Program-made: the position numbers and the translations under genes
Notes under the pieces: generated by a model
The model's input: the letters and a program-made list of their open reading frames with translations, nothing else
Told to the model about the DNA's origin: nothing
Databases searched by the model: none
IMG/VR virus record: IMGVR_UViG_3300005512_000052
Span: 1 to 49,028 of that record
Strand: one strand, 5' to 3'
From: a virus
Taxonomy: Duplodnaviria > Caudoviricetes
DNA length: 49,028 nucleotides
In this document: piece by piece, positions 45,211-49,028 of the stretch
How the letters are laid out: every line of letters begins with the position of its first letter
How positions within the stretch are numbered: position 1 is the stretch's first letter

Positions 45211-46092
45211 ATGAGCATTAGAGACGATATAATTTCAATCAAAAATGGTTTAGTTACACTGGGTGAAGCCATAGAAAACCTCAGTGTACACGCATCTGCT
45301 GACGAGCAAGTTGTAAATTCAAGCAAATCAATCAACTTTGCTGGCACAGACAAGAACCCTATATATGGCAAAGGCATTCAATGGAGTGGTTTCGGCAATA
45401 CAAAAATGCTGAACTTTCAAAAAGATCCAGACAGACTGTGGAGTTCCAACACTGTTGATCTTCACAGAGATGCTCACTACTCAATTGACAACACTCTGGT
45501 TTTATCCACAGAAGAACTGGGGCCAACAGTCAAAACATCTAATTTAAGAAAAGTTGGTGTACTGAACGGATTAGCCGTAAATGGCGACATGAACATAGAT
45601 CAATTTGTGTTCTGGAACTCAGGCATGAACAGAATGGGTATTGGTATAGAACAATCCAATGGTCAGTTATCAGTGGCATCCAACTATGTAGAATTTTTTG
45701 TACAACCAAATGAAGTTGATGCTGAAGTGGGCACATACACCACTCATGATTTAAGAATTCAAACAGACAGCACAGACAGAATAGTGGTCAAAGCCAATGG
45801 CGATGTGACTATCGGAACTGCTGGTGGTACAGACAAAAAAGTAAAAATACACGGCAAACTTGGAGTTGGTATCAACAACATCAGAGATGATGCTAGTTTT
45901 GAAGTTGCTGGTCCTGTGAGAATGGATGGAAAAAGATTCAGTGTTGCTGATGATATACCCACAGTGGGTGTGCATCAAAAAGGTGACATTGTTTGGAACT
46001 CGAATCCAATAGCAGGCAGTGTCGTTGGTTGGATCTGTGTTCTAACAGGTACACCAGGCGAATGGAAAAGTTTCGGAAATATTTCTCAATAA
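45211..46092 (+). CDS. Tail-fibre-like structural protein
   Basis: SNLRKVGVL, RMGIG, GKLGVG repeats; GDIVWN..GW.C...GTPGEWK C-terminus; TAAATA upstream. Confidence 0.65.
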   Translation: MSIRDDIISIKNGLVTLGEAIENLSVHASADEQVVNSSKSINFAGTDKNPIYGKGIQWSGFGNTKMLNFQKDPDRLWSSNTVDLHRDAHYSIDNTLVLSTEELGPTVKTSNLRKVGVLNGLAVNGDMNIDQFVFWNSGMNRMGIGIEQSNGQLSVASNYVEFFVQPNEVDAEVGTYTTHDLRIQTDSTDRIVVKANGDVTIGTAGGTDKKVKIHGKLGVGINNIRDDASFEVAGPVRMDGKRFSVADDIPTVGVHQKGDIVWNSNPIAGSVVGWICVLTGTPGEWKSFGNISQ

Positions 46093-46385
46093 AAAAATCA
46101 GTAGGCATTTGGACATGGCTAGGACGTGTGGCTCCCTTGACTGCACTGTTCCTGTTGTGCATTGTGTTGGTGTTTGATTTCACCACATGGGTACACTATC
46201 TTGTTTCAGCCATAGCATTAACATTTGCCATCACAGCATTCACTTGGTGGTGGTGGGTGATCTATGCTGTGAAGGACATATTCAAACTGTTGAATGATGC
46301 CAACAAGCGATTCAGTGAAGTGTTGACTGAATTAAAGTCTATCAGAAAAGATTACATCAAAAAGAAAGACATCAAAAGACGCTAG
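46062..46385 (+). CDS. Two-TM membrane protein
   Basis: Hydrophobic helices, WWWW motif, C-terminal coiled coil. Confidence 0.65.
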   Translation: MEKFRKYFSIKKSVGIWTWLGRVAPLTALFLLCIVLVFDFTTWVHYLVSAIALTFAITAFTWWWWVIYAVKDIFKLLNDANKRFSEVLTELKSIRKDYIKKKDIKRR

Positions 46386-46819
46386 TAACTGAACAGTTTG
46401 TTCTTGTAAGTCTCTGTTAAATTTTTATAATAATTCTGTTTGTTCAACACTTTCCTAGCAGATTGTAGTTTTTTTCTTTTCTGCACTAATATTAGATTGT
46501 GTTTGCCGTTGCCTGTGGCAATGCCTTTGATCTTGGTGTTGGCATCTTTGTGATCTGGCAGGAACACGTACTTGGGATATAAATCATTCAACTTATTCAC
46601 ATATGCTTCCAATTTGCTTTTGGACATTGTGGGCAACATGGCAAAGATGGTCACTTCTTTTCTGCACAGTTTGATGTCCACTTGATTTTCACTCATGAGA
46701 TAAAAATCCCAACGAGCCTTTTTGGCAAAAGGACACAAACTCAATCCACCCAATTCTGCTCTGGGTTGGCTGATTCTTTTGATCCATGTTTCAATAAAAG
46801 AGTGTAAGGATTCAGTCAT
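46382..46819 (-). CDS. DUF1415-like hypothetical protein
   Basis: LGGLSLCPFAK motif; likely start 46819, with TAAATA just upstream on the minus strand. Confidence 0.6.
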   Translation of the reverse strand: MTESLHSFIETWIKRISQPRAELGGLSLCPFAKKARWDFYLMSENQVDIKLCRKEVTIFAMLPTMSKSKLEAYVNKLNDLYPKYVFLPDHKDANTKIKGIATGNGKHNLILVQKRKKLQSARKVLNKQNYYKNLTETYKNKLFSY

Positions 46820-46835
46820 TGCGTAAGTATTTAAT

Positions 46836-47429
46836 ATGTTAGTGATTGGCAACGGCGAGAGTCGAAAAGGAATAGATGTATTAAGCCTAAATCTGCCCAC
46901 CGTAGGCTGTAACGCAATTTTTAGAGACTTCAAGGTGGATCATTTGGTGTGCTGTGATAGGCGCATGGTACGTGAAGCACTTCAGAATTCCAACACTGAA
47001 CAGAGTTGTATCTATACCAGACAAAATTGGAATGAAGAATTTAAAGTTTTTCCTGTGCCTGATTTGCCATATGTGGGAGAATTAAGACAGGATGATCCTT
47101 GGCATTGGGGAACAGGACAGTTTGCCATATTGGTTGCACTAAAAACTGCCACCACGGATTTGATTCATTTGATTGGGTTTGATCTGTTTGGTGTGGAAGG
47201 TTATGTGAACAATGTGTACAAGGACACAAAATCCTATGATCCCAGTTCCAAATCACAGGTGGATCCTTCCTATTGGATTTACCAAAATCAAAAAATATTC
47301 GAAAATTTTCCTAAATATCAATTCAATTACTATGTGGAAGAAAACTTTCCAATTCCAGAAAGTTGGCAAGGCATACCAAATTTGAAAATAATACCATTGA
47401 CAGACTTGGAAAAAAATATTATAATCTAA
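46836..47429 (+). CDS. Glycosyltransferase/MptE-like Rossmann-fold protein
   Basis: VIGNGESR, GCNA, IHLIGFD, NNVY motifs. Confidence 0.6.
   Translation: MLVIGNGESRKGIDVLSLNLPTVGCNAIFRDFKVDHLVCCDRRMVREALQNSNTEQSCIYTRQNWNEEFKVFPVPDLPYVGELRQDDPWHWGTGQFAILVALKTATTDLIHLIGFDLFGVEGYVNNVYKDTKSYDPSSKSQVDPSYWIYQNQKIFENFPKYQFNYYVEENFPIPESWQGIPNLKIIPLTDLEKNIII
47397..47425 (+). promoter_or_regulatory. Consensus sigma70 promoter for queD
   Basis: TTGACA-17-TATAAT. Confidence 0.85.
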
Positions 47430-47433
47430 CTAT

Positions 47434-47486
47434 GAGGACTTTTACAACGTCGACCCTCTTTAAATACTCCGCCGTTACAAAAGGAG
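47434..47486 (+). promoter_or_regulatory. Candidate riboswitch-like structured leader of queD
   Basis: GAGG/CCUC stem, loop AACG complementary to CGUU, CUCC anti-SD against GGAG. Confidence 0.4.
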
Positions 47487-47492
47487 AAAAAT

Positions 47493-47942
47493 ATGAGTAA
47501 ACATTATAGTACAAAACATTACGGACACAACATTGGGTTGAGTGCTGTTTTTAGACAGCCAAACGCAGATCATTCACATTGTCATCTACTGCATGGTTAC
47601 AGTCTAGCATTTACATTTACGTTTGGATGTGATAAATTGGACAACAAAAACTGGGCTGTGGACTTTGGTGGACTAAAACCTTTGAAGGCTTGGCTCGAAG
47701 ATCATTTTGATCATAAAGTTGCAGTAGATAAAAACGATCCACACTTGGATAAGATGCGTGAACTTGAAGCAATGGATCTAGCAGAGATTAGAGTATTTGA
47801 TGGTGTAGGTGCAGAAAAATTTGCAGAACACGCCTTTAACTTTGCAGACAAATTGATTAGAGAACAAACAGATAATAGATGTTATGTGGTTAGAGTGGAG
47901 TGTGCTGAACATGGAGCCAATTCTGCTATATACGAAGCATAA
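47493..47942 (+). CDS. queD: 6-carboxy-5,6,7,8-tetrahydropterin synthase / PTPS family
   Basis: HCHLLHGY, VDFGGLK, FDH, GAEKFA, EHGANSA. Confidence 0.85.
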   Translation: MSKHYSTKHYGHNIGLSAVFRQPNADHSHCHLLHGYSLAFTFTFGCDKLDNKNWAVDFGGLKPLKAWLEDHFDHKVAVDKNDPHLDKMRELEAMDLAEIRVFDGVGAEKFAEHAFNFADKLIREQTDNRCYVVRVECAEHGANSAIYEA

Positions 47943-48655
47943 TGATCAACTACATTGTTTGTTTAAAATGGGGTAACAAATACGGTCCAGAGTATGTGAA
48001 TACACTGGAACAGATGACTCGCAGATATTGTACACTGCCGTTTGAATTTGTGTGCTTCACTGAAAATCCCACAGGACTTAATCATACAATTAAAATTATG
48101 CCACTGCCTACATCATATGGTGTGAACGGATGGTGGCACAAACCTTTGTTGTTCAATCCCAGTTTGCCTTTAGAAGATCCAAAAGGCACAATACTTTATA
48201 TAGATTTAGATGTGATTGTGTTTAGAAGCATAGACAAACTGTTCACATACAAACCAGGGGAGTTCTGTGTGATACGAGATTTCAATAGATGCAATAATCC
48301 AAAATGGAACAAATTCAACAGCAGTGTGGTGAGATGGAATATTGGTCAGCATCCACAAATTTACAGAGACTTCATAGCAAATCCATCCTCTCCTGTGCGT
48401 AGATTTCATGGAGATCAGGATTGGTTGTATGCCCAAGTGAAACGAGATTTTAATTTTTGGCCCGATGAATGGATACAAAGTTACAAGTGGGAAATGCGTG
48501 GCAAGCCTCCCATGGTGCGTAACAAGGAAGGTATAAAAGATTTTATATCACCAGGAGTGCCAAAGATACATCCTGAAACTTCTATAGCAGTGTTTCATGG
48601 AGACCCTCAACCCAAACATTGCCAGGATCCCTGGTGTAAGGAGAATTGGAAATGA
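47942..48655 (+). CDS. Glycosyltransferase (GT-A fold, GT8-like)
   Basis: CLKWGNKY, GWWHK, YIDLDV (DxD), NSSV, GDQDW, VFHG.PKP-like motif. Confidence 0.8.
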   Translation: MINYIVCLKWGNKYGPEYVNTLEQMTRRYCTLPFEFVCFTENPTGLNHTIKIMPLPTSYGVNGWWHKPLLFNPSLPLEDPKGTILYIDLDVIVFRSIDKLFTYKPGEFCVIRDFNRCNNPKWNKFNSSVVRWNIGQHPQIYRDFIANPSSPVRRFHGDQDWLYAQVKRDFNFWPDEWIQSYKWEMRGKPPMVRNKEGIKDFISPGVPKIHPETSIAVFHGDPQPKHCQDPWCKENWK

Positions 48656-49028
48656 ACTACAACATAGCAAATATGTTCGCAACACCTGTACTTAGGTTTG
48701 ATTTTAAAGATCACAAAGACAATGATAAAATTTTAAAACTGATTGAAAACTGGGAAACTAAACCTCATGGTCTTGTTTCTGGTGCTGAAAGCAGTTATTT
48801 AAAAGGAGATCAACACATACTGGATCATGATGATGTTAAAGATTTAAAAGCAGAATTCCAAAAAGCAGTTGAAGTGTATTGCGACAAAGTAGGATTACCG
48901 AACAATATTAAAATATCTATGAGTTGGTTTAATAAATTAAGCAAAGGTCAAAGTGTTCAACTGCACAGACATGAAGTAAGCATAGTGAGTGCCGCATACT
49001 ATCCAAAAGTAGATCAAGGCAGTGTTGG
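48652..49028 (+). CDS. Fe(II)/2OG oxygenase (TIGR02466-like), truncated by the window end
   Basis: MNYNIANMFATPV...SWFNK...LHRHEVSIVSAAYYP; ATGA overlap. Confidence 0.8.
   Translation, partial: MNYNIANMFATPVLRFDFKDHKDNDKILKLIENWETKPHGLVSGAESSYLKGDQHILDHDDVKDLKAEFQKAVEVYCDKVGLPNNIKISMSWFNKLSKGQSVQLHRHEVSIVSAAYYPKVDQGSV

Noticed and set aside
34732-45510. Perfect DnaA boxes TTATCCACA at 34732, 37507 and 45502
   Set aside because: They are scattered, two lie within coding sequence, and they are not clustered with an unwinding element; this is compatible with chance.
637-48478. Most short ORF-track entries nested in or antisense to the called genes
   Set aside because: They have no SD or promoter and no recognisable motifs, and they overlap well-supported genes.
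1-49028. Stop-codon reassignment
   Set aside because: The standard code gives full-length known proteins and dense coding, with TAA, TAG and TGA all used as stops.
1-49028. Interpretation as a bacterial chromosome segment
   Set aside because: Host-like genes are isolated among phage-type hypothetical and virion genes with T4-like late promoters; there are no bacterial operon contexts (for example clpP without clpX/tig, sufE without a suf operon).

Overview
This 49-kb window is a densely coding, AT-rich segment of a large T4-like (myovirus-type) marine phage genome, almost entirely on the + strand. The host is inferred to be an alphaproteobacterium, from a circularly permuted two-piece tmRNA, a DUF1178 gene, ROSE-like hairpins before hsp20 and a HemO/PcyX-like pair. 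Positions 1-9.4 kb hold late-type genes, many with a shared MKxxEF/I..E N-terminus resembling the T4 capsid-targeting sequence. The rest carries nucleotide metabolism and replication genes (nrdAB, glutaredoxin, HAD nucleotidase, exonuclease, DNA ligase, AAA ATPase), proteostasis and translation genes (tmRNA, clpS, clpP, hsp20, rpsU, cspA, tRNA-CCG), iron/heme genes (NfuA-like, sufE, heme oxygenase, bilin reductase, five Fe(II)/2OG oxygenases), a lysine-catabolism operon, lipoproteins, queD and glycosyltransferases. The most unusual signals are: two genes with identical A9G slippery sites and open -1 frames; a ParB/DGQH + HNH cassette flanked by 27-bp direct repeats with twin-hairpin leader; a rod-shaped (6S-like) ncRNA candidate before an atypical tRNA; a riboswitch-like leader on queD; apparent avoidance of GCWGC and AGCT; widespread leaderless promoters; and an abrupt ~57% GC gene at the left edge. 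All calls come from manual motif recognition; no searches or folding programs were run.
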